64,000 nt of DNA from Chrysomallon squamiferum. Its lineage: Eukaryota; Animalia; Mollusca. Of this stretch, positions 1-13,038 are shown piece after piece. Numbering within the stretch: position 1 is the first letter of the stretch; every line of letters begins with the position of its first letter. The stretch is taken from the NCBI GenBank assembly GCA_012295275.1, contig CM022671.1, positions 8,370,001 to 8,434,000 of the forward strand, written 5' to 3'. The position numbers and the translations under genes were made by a program. Under the pieces are notes generated by a model. It saw nothing but the letters and a program-made list of their open reading frames with translations, was not told the origin of the DNA and made no database searches.

Positions 1-757
1 ATCTACCATTTTTTTGTTTTATAATTTTTGTTTATTTTTTTTTTTATATATATATACGATGAAATCAAAATATAACTGAATGGAAGTTATTATCATTTAA
101 ATCATCGTGAGAAAACTGCAGTATGTTGATAATTTTACATCACTGTTAGGGACACTGGAATAAACGTCTTTAATGTGCTGGAGGAAAAAAAAAAAAAAAA
201 AAAAAGAGCCTTTCATTTCAGCACGTCATTGATTTTGTTACAGTATTATCGATCCTACTGAAAAATCTCTTAAAAGGTTCCAATCATTCTTAAAGCCGTC
301 AATGACGAACGTTATAAATATCGCATTAGTATGAAATTCTAATTTCTTAAGACGAAAGCAATACACTTTTTAATGAAAAAAAGAAAGAAAAGAACCCCCC
401 GGAACATTAATGATTAACGGTCGAAGGGTTTGGAGCTGCTGAGCTACTTTCCAGCACGTTTGAGAAATGCTGCTCACAAACTTGGATATTAGGTTCGAAA
501 GCCGAGCAATAAATAACCAGTATAAATGCAACAAATTAGCAGTGCACGAGATTTCTTTCTGCAGTGTTTTTGTCGATAATTAATTCACCGTTTTGTGTCT
601 GAGTGTTCAGATTTTTTTCTCGATTCATTACGACACAGCAAACTTTTTTTTATATTTTTTTTATAAATTTACTCATATCCACTGGAATGTCAAAAATTAA
701 CAAAATTTATTTATCAGTTTGTAATTAACAGTTTGTTTTTGCATTGCAATGTTTTTG

Positions 758-760
758 TAT

Positions 761-815
<55 letters not shown>

Positions 816-873
816 TTATTTAGTTATTTAGTTATTTAGTTATTTAGTTATTTTACTACTACTACTGCTACTG

Positions 874-956
<83 letters not shown>

Positions 957-972
957 TTTTTTTTTTTTTTTT
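758..972. repeat. Compound microsatellite (TTTA)n-(CTA)n-(TTA)n-polyT
   Basis: Directly visible. Confidence 0.95.
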
Positions 973-1380
973 TCCCCTTTTATTATTAATCTCCAAAGTA
1001 AGATTTATTTTCCTTTCAGTTGCCCGTGTAATTTCGTTGAGCAACCAAAACTTCTAGAACCATATTTTCTGACACCAGTCTTATGGAAGAGCCACTTTAG
1101 GCAACATTTATAGTCTTTCTGTCACATTCTGCGTGAGTTATTTTTTTTAGAAACTCGTTTGGAACACAAGTAAATTTCCATTTGAAGTTATTATTTTCGA
1201 ATGAGAGAGCTTGACAGGAACGTGCTTTGAATGTTGCAAGTTGAAGACCTCTCCAATTGATTCACGAAATGGTCGCATCCGTCTTTATCAGACTACTTCC
1301 GGTTCCAAGCACGCTTACACATTATGGATCCGAAATGAATAACTTTTTTCATTTCCGTTTTTTTTTTTTTTTTTCCTTCT

Positions 1381-1384
<4 letters not shown>

Positions 1385-1449
<65 letters not shown>

Positions 1450-1522
1450 TTATTTATTTATTCTGAAATATTTTATTTCATTATTATTATTATTATTATT
1501 ATCATTATTATTATTATTATTA

Positions 1523-1592
<70 letters not shown>
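1385..1592. repeat. (CT)n followed by (TTA)n microsatellites
   Basis: Directly visible. Confidence 0.95.
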
Positions 1593-1593
<1 letters not shown>

Positions 1594-2900
1594 TTAATCA
1601 TACGTATTAACAATTTTACTGAATTTCATAGTAATATACTGCGGTCACCTTTATTTGTAAATACTAATGTTTGCATATATAGATATATATATATATATAT
1701 CACCATGACATTTTATCCCTAAAATTGATGTATAAAGTTATTTTCACATAATGCCCAAAGCTCATTTGTTTGTTATCTTTAATGTTGTGTTAATTATCTA
1801 TGGATTATTGCCGAAGAAAAATATATGAGAAATTTCCTGGCACAATGAGTTTTTCAGCCAGAATTTGCACTGAAGCTGAAGGATTTACAGGATAAAATTT
1901 TATAATGAGTAACAAAGGGAACACAGTTTAGAACCAATCTTCAGCTGGAATTTTTTACTCTCATCTAGATAGTGATTTGTAAAATAATATTTAACTCAGG
2001 TTGATTACAAATAAACAGTTGAAAGAAATTAATAAATGTTCTAAATGTAATGTTTTAGTCAGTAAAATAATATACGTGTGTTTTAGTCAGTAAAATATGT
2101 ATATATTACTTTTTGTTTGTATTATATACGCGTGTGTGTATGTGTACATATACATATACACATACACACACACACTCACATATATATAATACAAACAAAA
2201 AGTAATAATAAAGGAGTCAGTACAAATACTAGATAAATATGTATGTGTGTGTGTATATATTTATATTTTAAGAAATACATAATAATAAAACGCTGTGTTA
2301 AACTCAGCAAGCTGAACACAGTCTTTAAATGTCATCTGCTAACTAACACGACGGGGCGGGGATGGATTTACATTTCAGAGATTCGTGAGAAACCAAACCT
2401 TTGTTATATACCTGTAATTATACCTTTAAACCTTGATCTACTTCATTTGTTTATTATGTATTTTTATCCATTTTTCTTTTCTTTTTCTTTTTTTTTTACT
2501 AAAAATAAAACACTGAAAGAATGAAACTGTTATTCTCGGTCACTTGTTTTGTGTAACAACAGCCTGTTACGTTTGAAAGATATTTCTGTTCTTTATCATT
2601 CGCTTCTGACTCACTACCTCCTGAGACACATTGTACAATCAAAGTCTTATTTTTGTCACTGAATTTGATCTTTTAAACACGTAGGCGAATTAAAGTATTA
2701 TTTTCTCTGAATGCAGGTTATGTTTCAGATACAAGTAGGCGATGGTAAAACATATTTCTTTGATAGGGTCATTTAAGAAATCATTTATTTATTTGTTTGT
2801 TTAACCCAAATGACAATAACAGCTAAAAGAAAGTTAAAGAGAAATTGAAAAATTGTCTCCTGGGAGTTATTGTTTATGTGGATGTAAAAAGATGAAGAAC

Positions 2901-2903
<3 letters not shown>

Positions 2904-2967
<64 letters not shown>
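2904..2967. repeat. (CT)n microsatellite
   Basis: Directly visible. Confidence 0.97.
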
Positions 2968-2972
<5 letters not shown>

Positions 2973-3219
2973 GAGTGAGACACAGAAAACGTACGTAAAT
3001 TAACACTGCTGATGGAAAAGCTGCGAGTCGTTAATTACAACTGGGAGCCAGCCCACTGGGAGGGCACCAGTCTGATTAAGCGAACTGGCTGTCACAAAAA
3101 CAGTTTCACTAAAACGACTGGTACACACTCGTATCTCTCAGCCAGTACACTATACTGAGACTAGTACAGATGTAGCTCAACATTATTAAAAAATCAGTCT
3201 TTTTGCTTCTTTTTTTTTT

Positions 3220-3507
3220 CATTTTATTTAAAGTCGGTACACATAATTTTAAAAATAATAATAATAATAATATTCAAAACAGTCAACATAAATATAAAAT
3301 GATAATAAAAATAATAATGCTATACATATTAATACCGACAAAGCAGAAGAAAAAACATAGGTGAATATTATTAAAAAGTCATAGTCGTTTTGTTTTGTGT
3401 TTTTATCATTTTATTTAAAGTCAGTATACATAGTTTTAATAATAATAATAATATTTATAATAATAATAATAATAATAATAATAATGCTTTAGATATTAAT
3501 ACCGACA
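3220..3507. repeat. Degenerate local tandem duplication (~190 bp period)
   Basis: cattttatttaaagtc(g/a)gta..cata.tttta and aataatgct.ta.atattaataccgaca each occur twice. Confidence 0.75.
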
Positions 3508-5183
3508 TAATTTTTTTATTAATAGACAACTAATTATTGGCTGAGAATACAAATAATTATAAATGTATAAATAAATGTAAAAAAAACAAAAACATTATAT
3601 AACATTTAATTTATAAAGAAATAAAATTATATTAACAGGAATAAATACATATAACATAGTCTGTTTCGGCTTTTAAATCTTAAATAAATAGAAGTTTATA
3701 ACATCAAAGCTAATTAGTAATTTATTAAAAAATAAAGACAAATTTAATTTGTAAACATCCAACACGTGTAAAATATAAAACTACATGCTGGTGCTCCACT
3801 ATAATTTATAAATTTTATTTTTCTTTAATTTCGTTTCGTAAGGCAAGATATATATTATCAATTCAGCTTTTAACCCCAAATTTTGTGTATTGTTTATTTA
3901 TCAGGCAAGGTTTGGCATGTTTGCAAAAATCAATCGCAACCATTTAGGACATTTTTTTTTTTTTAATTTTATCAGTATATAAAATACATACTTCTTGCAT
4001 GTATTTGTATTACCAGTAGGTGGTTACATCCTTTTTCAAATATATGCATTCAAAACACCATTTAAATAAAATAAAAAATATAAAAAATTCATAACAGAAA
4101 TAATAAAGACAAACATGAATATTTCATCGCGAAAATTTAAAAATAAGGTACAAAGAAAAATATGTGTGATAATGTTAAATCAATAATAAAAACGTGTGCA
4201 TGATGACAAATAAATAAATAAATAAATAAATAAATACAAATACCTGAATTTTTATAATGCTAAATTCACAGAAACGTATCACGTTTTTTTTTTTTTTTTT
4301 TATTATTATGATTTCTTTCTATGTTAAAAATCAACGATATCCATGAACAAAAGAAAAAAAAAATTGTTTGTTTTATATCAAAGAAGCAGTTTCGAGGCGG
4401 AACATACTACATAATAATGAAAACAACAACGCTGATGTCATAGGTGTGATGACGTCAGATTTGTTGCACGCGGGACTTTTGCATGACATGAGACATCCAT
4501 AATACATTCTGTTCTGGAATTCGAATGGTCCGCACGTGTTGAGCATGGCTGACATACCGCACGAACGAATCAACATGGTCAGGTTGGAATCTTCTAGAGA
4601 ATATAAGAAGAAAAATAATAATAATAATAACAAATGGAACAACAATAAGTGCATTAAAATAATCCGAGACGAACATATGTTCTTACGTTTCCAGCAAATG
4701 TAAGTTAATAGTAGAGGAACAACAGCTATATTAATTATAATAATAATAATTTTAAAAATATAATAAATAAATAATTAACATAGATAAAGCAATATATATA
4801 TATATTTATATTAATAATTAGGATATTCATTCCGAAAAATCAAAATTAAAATATTTTATTTATTCCGTAACTTTACAAAAGTATTTAGTTAAAAGAGGAA
4901 ATAAAATAAAAATAAAAATATTATTATTATTATAATTATGATAAAAAATATAAAAATAAAAAAATTTAGTAAAAAAGCTATTAATATGGAATATCCCTCT
5001 CTCATTAGTTTCACGCACGAGTTATCTTTGTTCATTCGAACAGAAATTTTAATTTTATGTTTACGGATGGCCAACCATCCAACTGTGGCCATCAGAAAAC
5101 CATTCTTTTTAACGAAATTCGTTCATCTTGATGTCATCATCGAGATAATATTACTGCCTCGCCTGCGTTTCTGAAATCCTGTA

Positions 5184-6078
5184 CAGTATTCCCTCGCTAT
5201 TCGCGGGGGTTACGTTCTTTACCCCCCCCCCGCGAATAGCGAAAAACCGCGAATATTGGATGCAGTTTTAAAACGTCTATTATGAGATTATATACGGTAC
5301 TAAATGCTTCCCAAACACTTTCTAAAGACACTCTTACTCATTAATACAGTAATAATGTAGTAATATTGCATGCAGTTATGTATTTCACTAATGTAGTAAT
5401 GATAATGTAAACACATTTTAATTTTGTACTGAAACAATATTTTAATCAGAAAGAAACGTAAGTACAGGAGGACAGTAACACCGCATAGCATAGTTACCCA
5501 TACAGTATTACTGTACCGTAAAGTCATTTTCTATGCGTACAACATATGTATTAGAATTGACAGAAAGTGGAACAAATTTAAAGGCAAACAGACAGATAAA
5601 TACAGTACGCACAGTTCAGGTAATAATAATACAATTCAGTAATAATATATGCAAAAAACATTATTAATACACGGTCACAAAAAATATGCACTGTACATAC
5701 AGTGTATGCATTTATAAAAAAATACGTACTGTATTAATACGTAATAATTGAAAAAATTTGATATTGTTTGTGCTGTCACCAATAATGAATGATAATAAAA
5801 TGATGATGAAATTTGCAGTCCATACGATGATGATGATAACGCTAATGTACAGTATGGCACAGCTTAGCTGCTGCTTTACAGCACTTTAGGTAATTATTCC
5901 TACTCTTCAGGCACTTAAGTCTCTATGACCTACAAAAACCCGGTTTACTGAGCATTTGTTTTTATGACGTTATGACGCTAGCCTGGTATACCAGCATACG
6001 ATGCGATAGGGTTAAGAGCCTAACCCGCGAATATGCGGGGCCGCGAATGGGGAACCGCGAATAGGTGAGGGTATACTG
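5184..6078. mobile_element. Tc1/mariner (pogo/Tigger-like) non-autonomous element (MITE)
   Basis: TA TSD at 5182-5183 and 6079-6080. TIRs: CAGTATTCCCTCGCTATTCGCGG vs reverse complement CAGTATACCCTCACCTATTCGCGG. Repeated subterminal CCGCGAATA motifs at both ends; no transposase ORF. Confidence 0.88.
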
Positions 6079-6088
6079 TATTTGTAAT

Positions 6089-6379
6089 CAGTGCCTGACC
6101 TACATTTTGGGGGCCCTGAAGCTTACACAATTACGGGGGAGGGGAGTCCTTCGCAAGCAGCAACGAAGTCTTGGTAACCACTGTTATCTTCTTCTGTGGC
6201 AGTGTTCCACAATAGGTTTTAAACAATTAGACACATCTCCGATTTTTATTTAAATTTTGGAGCCACGTGGACTAAAATCGCTTCAGTGGCCTCTCTAAGG
6301 TTATTTCATTTTCATGTAGGCAAAGGTTAGAAGGCTCTGAAGCTTAAGCTTTGGTTGTTTAACAATGGTTCCGCCCCTG
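6089..6379. mobile_element. Degenerate hAT-like MITE
   Basis: CAG...CTG termini with weak TIRs (CAGTGCCTGACC vs reverse complement CAGGGGCGGAACC). Flanks TTTGTAAT (6081-6088) and TTTGTAAC (6380-6387) form a 7/8 matching 8-bp TSD. Confidence 0.6.
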
Positions 6380-6451
6380 TTTGTAACTGAATTTTTTTGT
6401 GTATAAAAAATGCTTACTGTATTTTCCCTTTATCTTCGTGCAGTATTTGGC

Positions 6452-6610
6452 AGGGAACGTGCCCACCCGGTTGTCCACGCCCTGCTGGCAGTCAGGGTCG
6501 AACGCCCCCATCACCGGACTGAACGGATCCTCACAGCTGGGGTTGCTGCCATTTAAGGAGGTGCACGTAAAACACCCCAGGGCTTGCTTTACTGCAACAA
6601 CAACAACAAT
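6452..6610 (+). mobile_element. GC-rich SINE-like fragment ending in a (CAA)n/(TAA)n tail
   Basis: About 140 bp of GC-rich sequence in AT-rich context, running into caacaacaacaac then (taa)n. No pol III boxes or TSD identified. Confidence 0.35.
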
Positions 6611-6693
<83 letters not shown>

Positions 6694-8455
6694 AATAATT
6701 AAAAATTAATTAATTAATATTATTCATAATAGTAGATGTAATAATATAAATAATAATTATAATAAATATAAAAATTAATTAACAATTAATTAACTAAACG
6801 CAAGAATGAAAGCTGAGTTTTATTTAATGATGGGTTTTTGTTTTTGTTGTTGTTTTCCACTCTGCGATCAAATGGCGACATATGCTTGATTATGCACCAT
6901 ATATTTATATAAATGATAAAGGCAGCCTTGAAATAAATAACTTATTGGGCACTGTCTGGCACGGGAAACAGGCCAATGGACGTTTAACCATGTGTAACTT
7001 TAAAATAATACAAATTATTTTATTTTACATTTATCTGTATTTCTCGACATTATATTTTCGCCCGGCTAGTTTGATTTAATTTCAAATACTTCATAACCCC
7101 CAAACAACGCAAAAGCTATAGTTTAAATCTGTTACATTTCTTTAAACCAAAATTACGTAATATGTTAGTTATCTGACATAATTATAATGTATTCAGAAAT
7201 GATAATTTCTGTTACGTAAAACAAAAAAATAGGTTTGTAAGGAATCAACAGCAATTAGATAAATAACGTCTTCATTACATTTTATTGCTGTTAGTATAAC
7301 ACAGGTCTTATGTCGTCATATATTTCAGGCTCATTGAATACCTTAGTTATTATATAATACGGACGATGCATCACGTAATAACCTTCATTTGTTATTGGAC
7401 AGTGTGTTATGATGAAATCGTTTATTTCTAATATCAGTTGCTCTGCCGTTCTAATCTCTGTAACAGCGAATAAAATGTGTATACGACATGCAGCTGCTTA
7501 TTATAAATAATATCTATTTTAAGAGAAATCAGAAACGGGATTTTTAACAGACAGCACGGTATTTTACCAAACGCTTCAAGAGCTACAGTTTACAGTGTAG
7601 GTTTCTACATACCTCTAGACTGGCTCCTCTCTAAGATAATGAAGAAAACGAAACACAGATGGTAAAATCTATTCATCTGCGGTCATGTGGAAGTGCGTCT
7701 CAAAAATAAAGCATACTGTTTAGCTAGCAAAGAAATCCAAGAGAGAACTATCTTGAAAACAGGTTCTTCTTTTGTTATTCTCACTGCTCTAACTCTTGAC
7801 TGTCAATTAAACACTGCGTTTCAGTCCTCATTGATCTCTTTATGGCCGCCATGTTAGATCGTCTTGAAACCTCGGCGTTGCTGCTTCTATCGCTATTGAT
7901 CGGTTTTTGCAATTGGCCCGGTGTAGGTTCGTCTTTCGGTACTGGTAAATAATTGGAGGACGGCAATAAGCAGGCTGTTTTTCCAAATCGCCTGACTGTG
8001 CACGCGCAAATTTGTTATTTCTGTTTCTAATAAAACATGGCGCAGTCGCACTGTTAGCGGCTGTAAACGTTGGTGTTCAGATCTGTCAATACAATACTAA
8101 ATTAGTTTCTGTTCACTGTAATAACATGTGTGAAAAAACAAATTGCTTTTTTTTTCCCCCTTTTTTTTTACTTCTTTTTCATTAATGTTTGTTATTAAAA
8201 CGACTATTATCCATATTTCATCAGATTATTGACTTTATTTATTGTTTATCTGTTAGCGCACGTTTGAAATGAATACTTTTTATCTTTCGCGATCTTACTA
8301 ATTAGAAAAGTCACATACAGCTTGTTATAATTTTGTTTCAGCATTAGTATTAGTATAATTATAAGTGACAACAGTACCTGTATGCTTGTTATTAATATTG
8401 GTACAACTATTATCAGGCTATATGAATTAGAAATCACTTAACATCATAATTATCT

Positions 8456-10178
8456 GGGCAATTCCACGTTGACGCACGCTATATTCAGAGCAGTTGGAGA
8501 TCATTCTAACAGCCATGTTTGCTACAGTCGTACTCACAGAAACATGGCCCTCAGTAACAGACCTGCACAGATGTCCACATCGATTTGGTGTCATAGAGAA
8601 AAGAGCCCAGGGATGCACATTGCTCGACAGGTAACGAGAAATATGAGCGTGACGGATGTTACATCAAAAGGACATGAGTGAAAAGCAACTAACTTCATTT
8701 CAAAAATGTCTGAAATCTATAAATTGTAAAAATAAATATTTCCTTTGCAGTGAAGGTGTCAGGCCAAATAATACTATCAGTTTTAATTCAGTTTGAAAAC
8801 AACGTACAAGAAAAATATTATTTCATAACTGTGTGTGACGGACATTACCTTCTTGTCCGCTAATGTAACACCACTTTTTCTGTCCGTACTAAGCAGTGCT
8901 TGTTTGACTGCTGTCAAGATAAAAATCATTTCAATGCTTGACAGTTTTATATCAAAAGCATGATTAATCACAGTGGGGGAAACTTTTCATTAGACTTTAT
9001 CATTCGTCAGAATGAAGGGGTCGCGGCATGATGAGATGGTGGAACCGAGGGATTCCTCTGATGGCTGGGACATCAACAAACACCTCTTTCAATTTGAGAG
9101 TCTCATTTCGTTTTTCTAAATCGGAGGTATGCATTTCAAATACACCTACCTGTGGCATGATCCATCAACAAAGTAAGATTCCTGCTTCACCATTATTCTT
9201 TTATTTTTTCCACTGCGTTCCACACACACCATTTTATAATGCCATCTATACCATCAACAGGTCCCTTGCCATGAGGAGTGGCAAAGAAATTCAGGTGAAT
9301 ATTTTTCTTATTCTTTTCCGTAGCGAAATCATAGAAGCTGCTATGAAGCGGTTTTTGAATTGTGACATCAGACCATATATATACAGTTTTCACTCAACTG
9401 GAGATCATTTCCAAGAGCATGTAATGGCATGCAGTGACAATACCTTTCGAACGTGCAAGATTATCGCAGTTGCTATCACAGTTGAGTGACATGGATACTT
9501 TAAAAATAGCAATTTGTATCTCATCCTGGTACCTACACGTATAATAAATTGTGGCAAAAAGGAGGAAATATTTTCATTTGAATCATTTGCTTTGCTTCCC
9601 AGTCTGCCATCTTCTTTCTTCTATAAATCTTCCTTACTCTTCTACCTACATATGCTTTTTGTCTGTCATTATTCTAACATAACATCTATGATTACTTTGT
9701 AACACTGTCTTTTTCTTGGGTTGGATGTAATAATTTTTCAGAACAGAAGGGAAAACTGAATGTATACCTTTATTTGTTTTGATGATGTTGCCTGATGAAA
9801 TTAGAGTGCATTTTTCTTTAAAAAAAAAAAAAAAAAAATGAAGTATTGTGGGTGAAAATATCAATAGGCTGCAGATGATATCACTGGTATTTCGTGAACC
9901 TACGTTTTGTTAAAAAATGCTGCAGCTGTTAAAGCTTTTCTTGATTTATATGAATGTGATGGTTGTTAATGCATTTACTTTTACTGTGACGGATGTTACA
10001 GTTTTCTTTTCTCTCTCAAATACAGATAACACAGTTTTGAAGACTGGCTGATATATTTTCATTGTCAAAAACAATTTTCATTATTTTATCATTAAGTTGG
10101 AAGTTTTGTGACTCATTGCATAATGAAATATGAAATAATTTGTTTTCGCCTTTTGTCCCTTGAGCCACGGAACTGCCC
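8456..10178 (-). mobile_element. Degenerate Sola2-like DNA transposon
   Basis: 4-bp TSD ATCT (8452-8455, 10179-10182). Termini GGGCAATTCC / reverse complement GGGCAGTTCC. Minus-strand remnant 9193-9393 reads IWSD...LNFFATPHGKGPVDGIDGIIK, a DDD transposase motif I associate with Sola2. Internal direct repeat GTGACGGATGTTACA near 8649 and 9986. Confidence 0.75.
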
Positions 10179-11500
10179 ATCTGTACTTTATTTTAGCGAA
10201 TCAGTAGGTTTTCTTTTCCTGTACTCATAAACAGAGAAACAAAAAATATGTATAAATAATTATATCATCAGTAAATATTTCAGTACTGTTTCGTTTCATT
10301 TTTTTTCATTTTTACTTCATTTATTTATTTATAAAAAAAAGTTTATTCTTACAGTTGTATCGAAATGACATCACAATAAAAAAAAAAAAAATGTCACCAT
10401 GCATGCAGCTAAATGAGTTTTTTTATTTTTATTGTTAACTGCATGTGATGTGTTTCCACATGTTCGTAAATAGTAAGCACGAATGTACGTACTTATGTAT
10501 GTATGTAAGTTATTATATACGTACGTACGTACCTAGTTACATATGTGTATGTGTGTATGTATCTGTGTACGTGCACACGTATGTATGTATCAGTGATGGA
10601 AAGGGGAGGGGGCAGCTTTAGTTTCCAATTCATGTAGAGTCGGAGACACTTATTCGCTATTTTTTTTTTTTGCAATTAAACTTAATTTGTTTATTATCTA
10701 AAATTGCGTTTCCATATTTTACTCAGCTCTCATAAACAAAACATATTTTAAAATATTTTATCAAAAATCAAAAACATCATCTTTCTTCAATGAATAAATA
10801 ATCTTTTATTACAGTCTTCTTCAACTAGAAATTGTTACGAAAGGCCAGAATTAGGGCAGACGATAGATAATTCAAATTTGTTTTCTTCTGTTACTAAACC
10901 ATAGTAACAAACTGCATTTTCAGATTACAAAAATCCTCTACCGTTGTCTACCACCATCTTCCCAACTTGGGCCTCACGGACTTTAACGTATTCGTTTTTT
11001 TTTTGGTTCTAGAATCAATGTTTTATACGAATTATTTTAAACAATTTCTTTTTATGTATATGTACTAATTTGTTTTGTGTGTGTTGTCAGACTAATTAGA
11101 CTATATGACAATATCATTTTATGTAAATATTGAATTATGTCGTGTTTTATTTCTGTTTATTAGCCCTAATTCCAAAATGTAATAATGTTCATAAAAAAAA
11201 CTAAATTGTCCATTATTATTGGATATAACAAACAATAACCCAAAACTTGAATGTGTGTAAATGACATTTAATAAGAATTATGAAAATCTGTCATTCGTAG
11301 TTCTATACAAAAAATAAATAATAATAATAATAATAATAATGACAGTATTAATAATTATTTCTTCCTTTCATCTCTATCAAAATGATCATAGATGTATTCT
11401 ACAAATGCACAAATTCGGAAGCAGAAAATACCCAATAATTTGCTTCCGTATTCTATTTTTAGTATTAATCGACGTCATCAATGTGGTTCCCTACTTCCGG

Positions 11501-11520
11501 CCTTTTCCTTAGGCTTTTCT
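11501..11520 (+). promoter_or_regulatory. RPL29: RPL29 non-coding exon 1 with 5'TOP/TCT-type pyrimidine start
   Basis: CCTTTTCCTTAGGCTTTTCT followed by donor GTGAGT at 11521. Just upstream: ETS/GABP-like ACTTCCGG (11493-11500), CRE-like GACGTCA (11471-11477), and further CGGAAG/CTTCCG motifs near 11417 and 11443. Typical ribosomal-protein promoter layout; exact TSS inferred. Confidence 0.75.
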
Positions 11521-12986
11521 GTGAGTTGGTATTTATATTTTTAGGGGAAATTATCTCTGTGCATCCGGATATTAGATTACTTTATTAATCATAAAAACGC
11601 ATTTATATCAAATAATAATAGTTTATTTATTTTTTTTGAACATTATTTACCTTGGAATTAGTAGTAATAAAGAGAAATATTTGCCTGTCTTACAACATAC
11701 CAGCATGCAACAATTTATAGCTAGTACAGGGTTCTATTAGGTAAAAACAGTATCACAGTATGTGCTTTGAAAAATTGAAAAAAATATATATATTAGAAAC
11801 GTAGTGATATAATAATACTAACTCCATGTTAATAGCAAAGTTCAGGTCATTTTTATGTAATGTAATGTTCATAAGTGACCATTTAATTATGTATTTTATA
11901 TATTCGTTATGTTGGTAACAATAACTTTAAGAATAACATAATGATTGATTTGGATCTTGATTAACAGTAAGTTGAATAACACATTAACATGTAGATACTC
12001 CTTTAATGTTGTCTTTGATTTAAATACCAAATTATTATTATTAAATAAAAACACAATCACTCTTCGATCTTTCGAATCGTTTCAGTAAATGTCCAGACTA
12101 AATATTCTCAAAATGATCAGTCACTGATTCAGTGACAATAATAAATCATTGATCTTTACTTTAGTCAAAACTTGTTATTGTTAAAAAAAGAAAAAAAAGT
12201 CAAACAAAACCTGCATACTTGAAATTGTGGCTAAGATACATTTATCAAATTGCCCGTGAACCATGGTGAATTTTTATTATTGTTCTTTTAAACTGCAAAA
12301 ATTAAGTTCTTTTTTGTACCAGTGGGTGCCATAAATTTCATTTTCATGTAGGCAGAGTTGCTATACAGTTTCTGTTGCAACTAGAAATGATAGATTTTTT
12401 TAGTTATTGTATATAAGATTCTCATCTTTTGTAACAATTGAGTCACTGTAAACCAGTTGTCAAACAACCATGCCTGTCATTAATTGTTCCTATCAGTATT
12501 GTCAAGTGAAAATTAATTAATTAAATTTATCAGTTTATGGTGAAAAAAAGTAAGATTACATTGAGTGTATATGTATGTCTGTGTGTGTGTGTGTATACAC
12601 ACACATACATACACATATACATATATATGTAATATGACTAGAGAGTTAATTAACATTAATAAAACATATGATGATAATACATAAAGCAAAGCAACAAAAT
12701 GTAGCTCACTGGTTATGTAAGTGACTAAAAGATGAAAATAAAAATATTTTCATAAAATTTAAAAAAATTTCATTGATTTATAAAAGCAATGGTAACAAAT
12801 TTATATATTGATGTGTTTTAATACTAAAACCATTTTAAACAGTCTAGTTGCACGTAGTGATGTAAAATATATGGTTGACTTTGCCTAGTAGGAAACAAAA
12901 TTGATTCAAGATTATACATAGAAATTTATGGATTTTTTTTCACTTTTACTTTTTCAGAAATTCAAAGCTAATAAATAAACAAAGCC

Positions 12987-13023
12987 ATGGCCAAGTCCAA
13001 AAATCACACCAATCACAATCAGA
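12987..13023 (+). CDS. RPL29: 60S ribosomal protein L29 (eL29), first coding exon (exon starts 12958)
   Basis: Acceptor ttttcAG ends 12957; GCCATGG Kozak; encodes MAKSKNHTNHNQ plus 1 nt; donor GTAAGT at 13024. MAKSKNHTxHNQ is the eL29 N-terminal signature. Confidence 0.97.
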
Positions 13024-13038
13024 GTAAGTATGACTTCA

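Noticed and set aside
4373-4676. Minus-strand ORFs over a CpG-richer patch with a CRE (TGACGTCA at ~4450)
   Set aside because: No recognisable protein motif or consistent splice sites; at most a regulatory or repeat fragment.
12310-12440. Possible intronic H/ACA snoRNA in RPL29 intron 1 (two loose hairpins, terminal ACA)
   Set aside because: No ANANNA H box between the hairpins and weak stems. The C-box-like ATGATGA near 12668 also lacks a suitable downstream CTGA. An Infernal/snoReport scan would settle it.
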